Below are positions 11,491 through 25,900 of a stretch of 64,000 nt of DNA, one piece after another. The notes beneath the pieces are model-generated. The model worked only from the letters and a program-made list of their open reading frames with translations. It had not been told where the DNA came from and made no database searches. Made by a program: the position numbers and the translations under genes. Source of the stretch: Bugula neritina (lineage: Eukaryota > Animalia > Bryozoa); NCBI GenBank assembly GCA_964035545.1, contig OZ037766.1, forward strand, positions 12,638,722-12,702,721, in the 5' to 3' direction. Position 1 is the first letter of the stretch. Each line of letters begins with the position of its first letter.

Positions 11491-13911
11491 ATATTCATGT
11501 TTTTTTTCTCTCTAAACAAGCTGCTTTCTCCCCATTTGTTATTTGTACAATTTTTGCTCCAGGTGTGTGTATAAGTTATTTCTATATACAAGCCAGTATT
11601 TGTGGTTCTGGCGCCAGTTGTAGTCTGGTTGCACCTGTCCCAACTTTGTTCTAGTGGGTGCCTAAGTCTATAAGTAATCAGTTTAATATCCGAGGGGTTA
11701 ATGAATGAACCTATTAGCTCTAAGGCAGCTCATTAATTTGTCTGACAACAGAAAGATTCATTTGCAAAAAACAATGGTAATTATGCAAGATTAACTATTG
11801 GTGGTCTACTTAGCAAAATCAAACACATATTTTGGCTTACTCAGTCAAGACATCAGGAAGATCAACTGTTAGATGAGGAGTGTGGCTTGGTTGTGGAGTA
11901 AAGTACACTCTGTAGATCACAGTAATTATTCAAATCATTACCACACACAGTCCAATAGGAAGTAAGCTAAAATAAGGATAGAGCTACCATAGGTTGTATA
12001 ACACAAGTTGTTTTTCACATTTTCCAAATTTCCGTTGACGGATCAGTTTGAGACATTTCTATGTGAAAAAGCTGTATAGATGACCTGAATGTCTGACACA
12101 TTAGGACATTACCTGGATTAACAAGCCATTTTACTTTCACAATAAACTCAGTATGTTTTTGGAATTCAGTAACATCTGGTGAAACAGACCTTATATAAAG
12201 TGGCATAGTTTCCAATGTTTACAAGTGAACAAGCATAATATTTCCTTACAATACTCCAAGTAACTGCACAGTAAAAGTGTTACATAAAAGCACTTTTATT
12301 GAATACAGAAGTTTGCAAGCAAAAAGTGTCTTCTAAATATTACTGTCAGGTAGACTTTCACGAAAAGATGCAATATGGACAGGCCATTGCAATCTGTAAG
12401 CAGCGTTATTCAGTAGCCCAGTTCCAATTATCAACTAGCTTATAATTTGGGTCAAATAAAAAAAACAGGTATTATGCATTTCGGTTTGATTTACTGTTAG
12501 AGTTCATAATATTGAGCCTCTCAAATAGCATGTAGTATTGCTTATTCCTTTGAAACCCTTTCATCAGTACCATAAAATCTTTGGCTTTCATAATGGTATG
12601 TATAATGCTGAATCAAATTTTTGCCTAGTCATGTATTTATAGATGTATTATCTTAAACAAGTAACTAAAACCAGTACCATGTGGATGTTGGTAGGTAGAC
12701 TTGTAGGAATTTACACTTTACTGCAAGGTAATCACCAGCCACTCTGCACACTGCAACTCATTTTATACAGATATATATTGAATACATTTTAGCCCTTTCT
12801 TATAACTTTGTGATTTGTGGTAAGCTACATAGAATAACTTGCAAAGACAAGCTCATTGAATTTTTGGTTTGTCTCATTAATGTTACGTTCTCGGTCAAAA
12901 GTTTGTTTTAATAGAACATAAAAAATAGCTCAGAGTTTCTCTATGGATAAACCTTTCAAAGCTAGATTAAGTTTTGATTTTCTTTGGACTTATAATTGAA
13001 TTTATTGAGGTTTTGAGACCAATAGTTCAGAAACCAATAATCTGAACCCATTATATTACCTCATCTCTACTCTGTAAATGTAATGAATTTGTTTACATGC
13101 AGTGCAAATTTAGTAGCAGTTGTACAATATATTAAGTTGCTGAAAAAATAAAATCATGTATATAAAAGTAACAGTTATTTATTAACTAAAATTAAAAGAC
13201 CACCTAAAAGTGATCAATAAACTTTCTAGTATTTTAAAGGCTCTGTACAGCTGTAAAGTATGAGTGTTTCGAGAGTTTAAGGTCTGAACCGAAACAAGCC
13301 ACCAGCAAGCACAATGCAAAACTGTATTGTAACTTTTCAAACTGATAAATAGAAAAGAATGCAAAGAAAATTATGCTAAGAGCACAATATATTTTAATAA
13401 AAAGTATATTTTGATCTTCAAGTGTGAGGTAAACTGGTACAAGCAGATGGGTGAAATATCTAATAAAATTAAACTATGAAAAATAAACTTATTTATAGAT
13501 TTAGTACCATCTGCTAATAAAATGAAGATCATGCCACTACCAATAACATAGCAAAAACATTGAAAAGGTGCAAATTGCATTGTCCATGTCTACTTGAAGA
13601 AAATATTTTCTGCAATTAAAAAATTCCATAGTCAGAAAGCTGATATACTACGAAAAAGAAATGTATGAGCTAAAATTATACTCCCGTAAGCTAATTTTGA
13701 ACATTCTCAAACTAAGAGGAAGTGACCTAACAGAACTAAATCACCTCAGATTAAAAGGTTGAGGTTATTGCTACTGTCAGCATAGGCAAAGACATTACAT
13801 TAATTATAGTATGCATATGAATTTAATTATAGTACATATATCTGTTTTCTAAAATATTGTCTATTAGAAGTATTCGAGTTAGTAGATACGAGCAGAGGTC
13901 AACACGAGAAT

Positions 13912-16900
13912 CTAGAAATCTTCATCCCAGCCAGAGAGCTCATCTGGTGGTGGTTCAATCTCTTCAGGGTAGTGATCAAAGTTTCTACTGTCATTTGGTG
14001 CAGCTACAAACTGTTGAAAGGGTGGGGCCAGAGTACCTTCCTTTAAGCCTTCCCAATCAAACCCTTGGAACCACCTGAGACATTCAACATACACAGTGTG
14101 ACTATGAATAGACTGTTAGTTCTAGGAGAGCATAAAAATATATAAACAAATAATATCTAGCATAAATTATCTTTATTAATTTGGCACCATTACAAAATTC
14201 AAACTCCATTGCCAATATATTTTGTAAGCAACATTTAAATCAACATGATTATTCAATACATATGAAAACACATAATATTAAACACAAATCACTTCAGTTT
14301 TTCTTGATCACATTGTTTTAAAGCTGAAACTTTACTTTTATATTGGACCTCACAAACTGCTGAAAACTCAATTATTTGCAAAAACATACTAACTGTATAT
14401 TTAATGCATTTTGAATGTTCATAACAGACACAACAAAATGTGTGAGCATACTTGTGCTTTCGAATGTCTAACAGGCCATTCTTCTGATAGCCCAGTCGGT
14501 CTGAGGGGTTTTCCCTACACAGTTTTTTGATAAGAGATTGAGCATTTCGGGTGATTTTCCTTGGGAAATCCAGGGCATCAATTCCCCTCAGTATTATATT
14601 ATATGTCCTCATAGGATCAGATGCTGTGAAAGGAGGGCTACAAGAGTAACATTATTGTTAACTGATTAGTAGGAGGATATTGTGGGTTGAAAATATTGTA
14701 GCTGGGATGGTCAAAATAGATAAGAGTATATCATAGCAATGAACACTTGTAGCGAGTTATGGTAAACAAACTATGAATACTAATAATCATCAATCGTATA
14801 TAATTACATGTGTTGCTTAAAATATTGAGAATGAAAATCAATGAAGTGTGATAAGTGAGAGAATGTTATTAAAGAATCTAAAAATATAAATATATGGCAC
14901 TCTGGACAATAACAGTGCTTGAAAAGCGTTTCTGGTATATATTGGCCTTTGCATATTCCCTAGTGATTCGTAACAGGCTTGGCTCATATAAGGATTTTAA
15001 AAACAAAAAATGTACTAAATAATATAGCTATTTCAGCTGAACTTTTGCCTGTAAATTAGCATAACAAATGAGGACAACACTTGAAAGTTTCATTGTGAAA
15101 AAGGATATGCTCACAAATATGTAGAAACTGAGACATAAATAGCTTCCAGAGAGTTTCTGTTTCAAAGTATGCTGTTTATGATCAAAAATCTTTTGAAAAT
15201 TTGAACATACTAGCACAAAAATTAAATCTGAATAATACTTCGAAATTAATTAAAGTATTTAGATTAAAATTTGCGCAGTATATTGGTTCTTACTTACACT
15301 GCAACCATAAATATTGCTATGTTACCTCCACAACTAAATGGTATATAAGTCTTATAATACTCGTTTTAGAAAAAGTGAGCATCTACAAGTGTTTTATAGT
15401 ATGTGAATGAAAATTACCTGTAACAATTCTTATAAATAGAAATCAACAAATAAAATTGAATGAATCAAAATATGAAAAGGAATGTGTGGTATTGACCCAG
15501 TTGATGCCATACACAAATATACCAGAGACATTAGTGAGTCACTCACATGCCAGTCGTAAGTTCATAAATAAGAATTCCAAGAGCCCAAATGTCTACAGCG
15601 TTGTCATGTCCTTTGTTTAGGATGATTTCAGGTGCAACATACTCTGGTGTGCCACAGAATGTCCATGTCTTCTTTCCTTTTGGTATGTGCTTGGCAAACC
15701 CAAAATCCACCTAATAAATTAAAAAAGAACTATAAAGGGGTTTCATTCTGGCTACCCAAACAGGACAGAGCAAAGATAGGTGAGGTGAGGATATAAAGGG
15801 GTTTTATTGTTAGGTGCTCTATAGCAGAGCATGCGAATTATTGATGGTTTGATTCATTGCGCGAGTTCCAGACAAATCAATTGAAATTCTATCAACACCG
15901 AGACAAGATACACACTCATTAGGAAAACAATAAAAGAGTTAGTAAAGTCGATGTAAACATGTTTTTTAAAGTAATATTTGCATACAAATTAGCACTTAAT
16001 TAATTAATTGTTGGAAAACAATGCATTTCACAATTACATGTACCAAGGATTGAAAAATTTTTTGTAAAATGTGATCTCACCAAACCAGTTAATTTCAGTA
16101 AAGATTTTTTAGCTTCTTCCACAAACCTGACAGTTCTGTGATTTTACAATTATACTGCCTTTGCTTTCAATAAATGGAAGCAACAGACTGTTGAAAGGAT
16201 CAGCTGTACAAAGCATGCTACTATGTACTTTAACGCATATCCTTGTAGAATTATAATGTTTATCCTTGAATAAGGATGTGCTGAGGGACAGACGCATATA
16301 CCACTCAGCATCATATGATTAACATTGACGGAGGACATCATGAACTGGATGTGTGAATGAAAAGCTAGGTCTGTGGACCCAATAGTTACTAGTACTACAT
16401 TCACCCATTTCACAGACACGTTGGTCTGGCCTTAACAAAATTTGTAAACTTAGAAAAAAAACTGCTGCATAAGAAATGTCGTAGTGCACTTTTTCATTGA
16501 GAGTTGAGTAATATATGATTATATAACCACCCATGATAATGGAACAAGAATTGTCCATCTAATGCGTATGTGAACTTCATGCAGGCTGTACTCTGCAATA
16601 AATGGGCTATAAAAATAAATGGCCACCTCAAAACCTACTCAGGAACATTTAGCTAAAGTAAAAGTTTGGAAAAATTTATGTTTAGAAATGTATTATTATG
16701 CAGTATTGCTCTTCCTGTTTGTTTCTTTTAAGAGTGTTTCATTCCAACAATTGCTACGGAATAAATATAAATAGCAAGGAAAGACACCACCTTTTTGATA
16801 ACATTGATGATACCTTGACAATTAAAATTTCATTCCATTGGTCTAAATGATGCTTTTTTAAATATTGTTGTCTCCCTATATTTAAGAATATATTTCAACG

Positions 16901-19900
16901 GAGAACAAAGTATTGTCTTTGCTAAAAGCAGAAGGCTTAAGATTTCTTGTGATAAAAGAGTGCCAAGTAGCAGAAGAATTTTAATATGAGACAGCCTCCT
17001 ACCAATTTAATATATCCTTGTTCAGTAACGAGTAAGTTCTCAGGCTTCAAATCTCTGTAGACTATCCCCTTCGAATGTAAGTATTGGAATGCTTCTAGAA
17101 CACAGCCCACACAGAATCTGGCTGTAGCGTCATCAAAATTTCCCCTACAAAGAGAATTTAAACATTGCATCATAATCCATGAGATACTACCATTAGGATG
17201 GGATCACTAGCTGCTGTATTAGAAAGCAACCAGCAAATAGTTGGAAAACTACCATTAACTAAACACGTGGAGAAAGAATGCATTTGTTACATCATAATGC
17301 AAATTTATATTTCATGTCATACAACTTATTAAACATTAGAGCGGCACAAGTTGACTAGAGCAGCTGCAGGGTTGATGCTACTACGCCATCTTTAATTTTG
17401 CCTTTACATTTCACTATCTTCTGAACATCTTAAAAATGTTGTATTAACAAATGTTAACACTTCGAGAAGCACATAACACAGGGTGGAGACGTGGTTAAGA
17501 CAACCTGAATCATGGGAAATATTTAATCTGTTATGAGATGCGCAGCACCGCAAACGTCATTATGCGACCACCTGGTACTTTTAAGCTGCAATAGCTAAAA
17601 TCGCCTACAACTATTCAAGTCTAAGAATTGTGACCTTCACAAAAAATAATCACTCTGCATCCTGTAAACGAAACAAATTTGGCAGTTTGCCAAAAATAAT
17701 AGCGTTTAATTTGGTTACAAGACCCAACGCAAAGGAACAACTAATTTACATTTTTACATGTTCAGCGGCAGTTTTGCTAGTTTCCATTTTATACTGTACA
17801 TATTATATAGAAGATTTCAAATAAGAGGCAGACCTGTCTCTTAATATAGACCAGAGCTCCCCTCCCAAACACACCTCCATCAACATGTACACAAACTTCC
17901 TATCTTTGAAGGTTCTGTGAAGCCTACAACCAATAATACTGTAACAAAACAGAAATAAATCACATTTATCATGTTTGAGTTCAACTAACTTTCGCAGGTG
18001 CAGATTTAATCTAATAAATTTTAGAATTATATAAAAAGATTAAATTTAACTATATATGTGATGGTTATTATATAACATTAAACATAACATTGGTACTTCT
18101 TCAGGATTAAAACTATAGCCTATAGGTTGTTTGAAATTTCATTAGATCATTAGTGAATATAATTTAAACTTTCAATGCAATTTGAAAATACATAGATATA
18201 TTATGAAATATCTACCGTACATGAAATTATTCCAAACCAGCTTATTTGTCATTACGGCATGCATAGATACTTTAGAGAACATATAATATAAAAAATATGT
18301 GCAACTGCTGTAATATATATTTGCTGCTTGAAACACATGTACACATTGTGTTAAATATACATACACTTTTGGTACCATGATCAAATAGGTGTCAGTGTTT
18401 CATTTCAAGGAGATTTGTGAGTTCTCCCATGCTAGTAGATTATACAATATATCGATAATCTTAATAGCAATACTACTCAAACTATGTCCTTTTACAGTTA
18501 TGTTTTTCAATGATTGTGATTCGTATTTCCAACTATCTAGTGGGAATAGTAGGCTTAAATAGAGTTAAAATATTTACTTCACAATAAAGGGGCTGGAGCA
18601 GATGAGCATGATTTTCTTTTCACTGTAGACATGCTCTTGCTGTCTGGTATCAACAATATGCTTCTTCTTCAAACATTTCAGCGCATATGTTTGGTTAGAT
18701 TGGTTGTTCTTCTTCACCTGACATAAGAGTATCCCAATAATAATGATATATTAAATGTTCAAAAACAGAGTTCAATTTATAACAAATGTTTTAGTAAGTG
18801 CAAACAAAAATTATTTTATAATGGTGAAAATACATCATTAGCTATCACAGTAGGAAACTGTTAAGAACTACTCTTACAGCAGAAGTAGCTATACAATCAA
18901 TTTCATAGAAGTTTCACCGTATAATGAATGAGAGACTTTGTGTTTGTGGTTGAAATAGTGGTAAAAGGCAGGATATTTGTTAAAAGAATTAAATAAATGG
19001 CAATAGAAATGGTAAATCACATGTGAAACACTGACTATAAAGCTATTGACATGGCAATGTTCACGTTTACATAAACACATAAAATACAACATAATTGGTT
19101 GGGAAAACCCTTGACTCACTAGTCCTTCAAACATACAACCCTTGAATGAATGTACCAAGAGCTTCTAAGATACTGAGACTGCTTTTATGACGCTTGAGTT
19201 TTAGCATGTAAGAGCTTATATATTCCTATATCATGGTGACCTTGTCAATTCTATTTATGTTGGCATATCCTTGTATACACGCATAATAGTTTTAAACCTG
19301 AAGTCAATCATAGTAATAACTGAAATAGAAAAACCCACATTGGTTCAAAGCCTTTATCCCTGTGAGAATCTCTAGTAGTAAGAATTTTAAGTAGGCTAAG
19401 AACTGTGCCTCTCCATATTGAAAACATGGTAAAAGGAATTTTCAAAGTAGTACAGGAGCAATATAATAGGACAATATAATAGCAAACATTTTTTAGGGAG
19501 CAGCCCTGGTCTAGGGGTTAGAGTGTTTGCCTAGTAAACACGAGGTCATGGGGTCCAGCCCGGACAAAGGCCATTGGTAGAGTATTCAGTCATAATTGCT
19601 CCTGTGCCTCATTTAAAAAAGTCTTTAGCCTGCTTTAACAAAAGCCCTTTCCATTAGGAGTTTACTTACGGGGATAGCGACTATAAACTAGCGTGAGATT
19701 TTTCACAATAGCAAACTTTTTCATACAGAAAGTAACATATATTATAAATAATGATATTTTGTTAAGCTAAAGAGCCGCTTCATTTTCTTCATTTTATTCT
19801 GCAAATTTACATCATTTGCTGCATCCTGGGCAGACATATTAATACTAAACATACAAATTAAACTCAAAATGCTGTTTATTCTCCTACCAATTCTACCCGA

Positions 19901-22900
19901 CCAAATCCACCAATGCCCAAAGTTGTAATTTTTTCCAGATCTGAGAGCTGCCAGTGTTTGAACGCCTCTTCAAAGGAAATTCTTTTGGTACCAACTGCCA
20001 ATTCGGACTCACTATCTGAACGACTGTCTTTCCTGGTATAAAAATAAATACATCATAAAATGTATATCAATAAAATGACTCCACTTTATATTGTATTTCG
20101 TTATATATAAAAGCTATGCAGTTAATTACAACTTTAATCATGCCAAACATCTCAGTAAAATAGAGCCTTCTGAATTCATGCAAACATGTGGGGAAACTAA
20201 TTTACATTTTTGTTTGCTCAATTGTTATTATTCATCACATAAATTACAGTTTGAACAAATTCGTTTTACTGAAGCACTTTGAATGAAAAAGAATACTCTG
20301 TTTCATAACCTTAACACAGAGATCTGTCTGAACTAGACATAACAAAGCAAAGTTGTAAATAAGTTCTAAAGCAGGATCTGATGGCAAGTGTTAAGTAAGC
20401 TAAAGCAAATGAAACATAAAACTAATGATGATTTAATAGGCAAAGCGAGAATTTGCTAGTTTCTACATGGATATAACAAAAGTGTCCCAGACTGCAACGC
20501 CATACAGTGTTTTATGGAGATTTTTAATGACAGGTAGTCGATCAGAAAATTTGAAACAAAAATATGACATCATAAACTGAAATTTGGATTGACTCATTTA
20601 TTTAACTTTTCAAGTTTTGTGATTTTGCAGAATAAATTCGTATGCAGTCAACAATGTTGTGAGCAGCTCAAGTTTTCACTCTAAAGTTATATTTAGGTTA
20701 AGTTTGCAAACAAAATTAAATTTTTTGCCAGGCTTTTATCAAATAAACTCAAGTATTACAGATACCAGTCGGATAGCTTGCTAGATAAATAGAACGCTTC
20801 AGTTACAATACGGTTGAGTGAGAACATGACGTATTTAAACAAGGTCATGCAGCACACAATAAAAAGCAAGACCCACAGCTCCAAAAGCAGTATTTTGGAC
20901 TCACCTGCAAATCCTACATAACACCAAAATATAATTACAACAAATTTACAACAATGTAATAATATCAAATATAACGTTGCAGCAGTAGCATAATACCAGT
21001 GTCAAATTATATTTATAATTATTACAAATTCTAGACTGAACAATAATATGGATTCTATCTGCTTACTTATTAACTATTTAAATTTTTGTTGGTAATTTAA
21101 TGAGCAAAAAAAATGGCTTTGAAAATAACAAAGTAAAAACTGAACAAAGCTAATTGACTTTCCTATTGAACATTTTAATACGATTTTTCCAACAATCAAC
21201 TCACAAAAAATAAGAAATTACTTTTGAGTCTAAAGGCATTATCACGTTCATGTTAAAGATATTAACATGTATTGTATTAGAAAAATTAATGATTTTGTGG
21301 AAACCTGCAATTAACCCTATGTAGAATATTATAATTACAGCACAGATAATTTAGTCAAAAATGCTGAATATTTAAATGCAAGTGAGGTAATCTTCAAATT
21401 AGGCACAATGCTTTCTTTGTGAGGCTAGGTACAAAGATAAGGTTATTCTTTATACAAAAACAATAATTACCATTCTGCTTGGCGTTGGCGGTCACCATAA
21501 TCTTTTTCAAATATCTCCAGGTTTCCTATGTGCTTCACAAAAGCGCTGAAAATAATTTTCAGCAATATTATATATATGTGCAATAACCCAACAAATTTAA
21601 ACTAATATAACGGAGTAAAACTCATTTGAAAATTTTGATAATAGATTTAATAAAAATAATAGATAAAATAGATATAATATCTAAATTTATAAATTGATTA
21701 AATATCCAATGGTTCAAGTTTCAACTTGGTCATGACTGTTTACTTAGCAAGTAAATTTATTAACCATTTTAAATAGTTATTAAAGGTATCTTTAATGAAA
21801 ATAAATTTTTACACACTTCTGAATTGTTTCGTGGAGCTTTCATCAATCTAGTAAGTGTCAAGACATATGAAACTTTTTAAATACATAATCTTAAAGAAAG
21901 TATGCTAGGTTAAATAAGGGAGCATGCTTTCTTAAAAAATTGCTTTTAATGTAAGAAAAGGCAACTCCTGACCAAACAGTTTACAAAGGTAAACAACTCC
22001 AATAATTTTACAAGTATGTTTATGTAAATTTGCACTTCCACAGGCTCGTTAAAACAATCAGAGAAATACAACTCCCAAGTATTTTGCTTTGACATGAACA
22101 GGAAATAACTAGAAAAACTATCACAGTAAAACAGTACCGACTATTACATAACTTTGGCCATGAATAAAGTTGCAACCAGTTTATCATTGATCTTATATTA
22201 TCTAATTCAACTTCAAGCTCAAAATCAAGGTTTTTATTTAAGCCTAAGTTGTTTTAAATATTATGTAATCTGTATATTTCTGCTTATTCTTAACTTTACT
22301 ATATGATATTTTTCATTTCAAAACATCAAACCCATAATTGGAATAAATGAACACTCACTCTCTGCTCAAAGTGAGGAGTTCCACGCCGGGTGCAAGAGCC
22401 ATCACCGTAGCTGTACGCCTGTCTTCAGTAAGCAGCGCTCGTTCTCCAAAATACTCTCCTTTTGACAGAGTTCGAATTTTCTGCGGTTCATCATAGCCAA
22501 CAATTTTCTGAGAGACTGCAACTTGACCTTCTGATATTATATAGAATGTGTCCCCAACTTGTCCCTCTCTTACAATGTACTCACCTTCTTCAAATGCATC
22601 CTAGGGTAAAAAAGGTACCAACTAATTTAAGAAAGAATAGAATTATTAGCATCAATTGCTTCAATTGATGCTAATAATTGTATCATATGTATGTATATGA
22701 ATAACCTAAATTTTGCAATTATTCGCAGTCAATAATACGTAGTCCAATCACATTTGTAGTAAGTTGAGTCAGATGGGCTAGTGGTTATTTTTAGTCTGAC
22801 AACTCCAGCAAAGAAGTCTGCAGTCAATGCTTGCAATGCTTCGATAAATCTTGACATATATTTAATAGCACTTTGCATGTAGTTGTATAAATTTATAAGT

Positions 22901-25900
22901 TCAAATAGAAATAAACAATTTCATAGCTCAAGTTCAAGTATATTAAATTTATATTCATGTAGAATCAACAAATGAGTATTCATCAGATTTATTGACGGTT
23001 ACCCTGCATTAGCGAGTATGAGGCAGGCTATATTAGAAACAAGGGAGGGGGGAGGGGAAATGCTTACCACTTCCAAAACATCGGCTATTTTAGATATTTC
23101 TTCCTTGCTAAGTTTCTGCAAGCTGTGGACACTGAAACATAAAATTATAGAACAATAAAAAAGTGATCAATGGCCACCTTAGGATAGTTTTCATTTAAAA
23201 ACCAACTGAAAATTTTACCTGCTTAATTTCAGAATGAGTTTATCAGCATGAGATTTAGATTTTTCGTGAATGTTGACATTACAAAAAATTAACATTGCTT
23301 TAATCAAATATGTGGCAATACTAAAATAGGGCCAAACATTGCCATTTTGTACAGTTCTCCTTTTACAAGATAAATGCAGAAAATGAACTGATAATTTGAG
23401 TGTTTCAGCCACCAGATGTTGCTCTAATGGTTATTTAAAACAGCTTTCATAATTCTGATTGCTTTAAACTGAATATAGCTCACTGAGTGAAAGTGCTATA
23501 GCTATTCTGGAGATACCCCAGACAGAAATAAAATATTATAATACATTTATAGACCTTCTTAGGAAGTCTATGCGCTCATTCTGTATTTCCAATCCAGTCC
23601 TCATCATGATTGTTTGGAAAACCCTTCTTTCTAGAGCCCATACTTTGGCAGGCTTGAGAGCTAAAACACCAATCAAGCCACATGTTACTGCTGTTGAATA
23701 ACTCTATTTTAATCTTTTTTTATTACATGCACTAATTCTGAATCAAACAGTCAATATTAATGTAGCAAACAATGCATTTAATTTCAGTAAAGTAATTTAT
23801 AATTACATATTATATATAAATAAACCAAATGAAAAAGGTTGGTGGCTCCTTTCAAGTATTACACAGCTAGTATCTATTTATAACTAATGTAAACAATTGC
23901 ACACCTGCTGCTATATGTGAAGCTCATTATGAGAAAGCTGCAAGTAATGCCATAGCAAGTGAACCTAGCAGGTTATTAAACATTTTATCACAAGCTGTTG
24001 GCAGGATCCTAGACTATTATGATATATTTAGTAAAGATATTCTATCTACCATTAGAAATAGATAAGAGTGTGTAGAGTTTGTTGACTTAGAAATATTAGT
24101 ATCACAGAGGAAAAATGTCTGCTTTACACCATAAGCAACCATTGACCTGTCAGCCAGCTGTGAAGTTTCTTATTCACGTTGATTTATAAATACTCAGTTA
24201 TTTGAGAAATTGATAATCAAACATAGCTACAAGTTGTGAAAAACATGACTACAATTTTGGTTCAAAGTTGCATATGCTATGGTACACTTTTTGTAAATTT
24301 ACACCGATGCATGAATTTCTGTCAAGGCACATAAAACCTAAAGAAACCTATTTGGTAAAACATGGATATATATTTGATAATATAACAAATCACGTTATTG
24401 ATTTGTTTTAAACTTCAGGGTTTTTAAAAATAGTTAAACTATTACTCTGCACATAAAAATATTGTGCTACATGCAATTTCAATATTAATAAATCCTATTT
24501 TCGCCTTTTATCACAATTGAAATGTAACTACAGTGCTTCCTTCATATCACACAAAACCTGTTTTCACAAGATTCCATAGCTCAACAAAATGGCTTAGACC
24601 CAGTTTTGTAGCTTATGTATGTATAGAAACAAAATGGCAAAATTTAGCTGATCCGTGAGTTAAATATGGTATTCTACATGCCACAGCTTGAGTGAGTGAG
24701 TGAGATACAGAGGGAGCTCCGTACTTTATAGTCTAGCCAGCTTCACAGAGAAATCAAGAGAAGACAATTGCATACAACTTGTATGAAATGTGATGAACTA
24801 TATTCTATTAACAATAGAACTCACCTCTAACTGATGCTGTTCTGGTGCAGCCATACAGCACAGCCAGCTCTCCAAATGCCCGTCCAGGGCCCATCGTACC
24901 AACAGTGATTCCATCTTTGATAACTTCAAACTCTCCTTCTGTAATTACAAATTCCACGCAGTGTTCAAAACGAAAATGTTGGTTTGACTCTAGATAGCAA
25001 GTGATTCGAGTTACACTCAATATCAACCTCTTTTTACGGCTATGGTAGCCATGATATGCATTGATTTCATTCAGAAAAAAATGAATTAAAACATTCCAGG
25101 TTCAGCATGTATTCAAATAAGCTAAGGTAGTCTTGAGTATAAAAAAGTAAATTAAATTAGGTTTTACTGGCCATGGTGTTGGTTTTTGAACTTTACACAA
25201 TAACAGTCCTTCTCAAATTTCATTCAGCTGGTTGACTCTTTGGACTAGCAGCTTTCAATTTATTTTTGGAAAATAATCCAAAATTTATTTTGAAAAAACT
25301 TAGGGGGATTTCTATTATCTCATATCATAATTTATTATCCAGAAATACATATCACGTGCATACCGTCATTGTAAATTTAGCTTTCTGGACTCACAAGCAA
25401 CAAAACAATATGTTTTCTTTTAGGCCTTTCAACAAAATAATGATTTTATAAACATAATAGAATGATTACATATACAACAATAAATTACAATTAGTACAAA
25501 TAAGTTTGAAATCTACAGTTGTTATTTTCCCAAAAGGCATGTACTAATATCATATTATAAGTTCTGAAATTCCCTACAGGATACTATAGGTCACATGATA
25601 TCTATAGTAAACTGCTGCTAGAGAATTGAGTATACATGACCTTTCAGCTTTGAAAGCCTAAAATAATTACTGGATGTAATTTCTATCGGTCTATCTGTGA
25701 GACCTCTTGATTTTCCAAACACTGCTTTGCATTTAAGATTGTCTCAGTACTTTTCACGACCTTTTATAAGCATTGCAATGTAAAAATTATTTCAAGCTCA
25801 TGTCTTTAAATTAAAAAGTTAATTTCATGTAATGTTAAATAAAAGCTTTAGTTATTATTTTTTATATAAAATGATAATGTAACCGCTGGAAGAATGCGTG

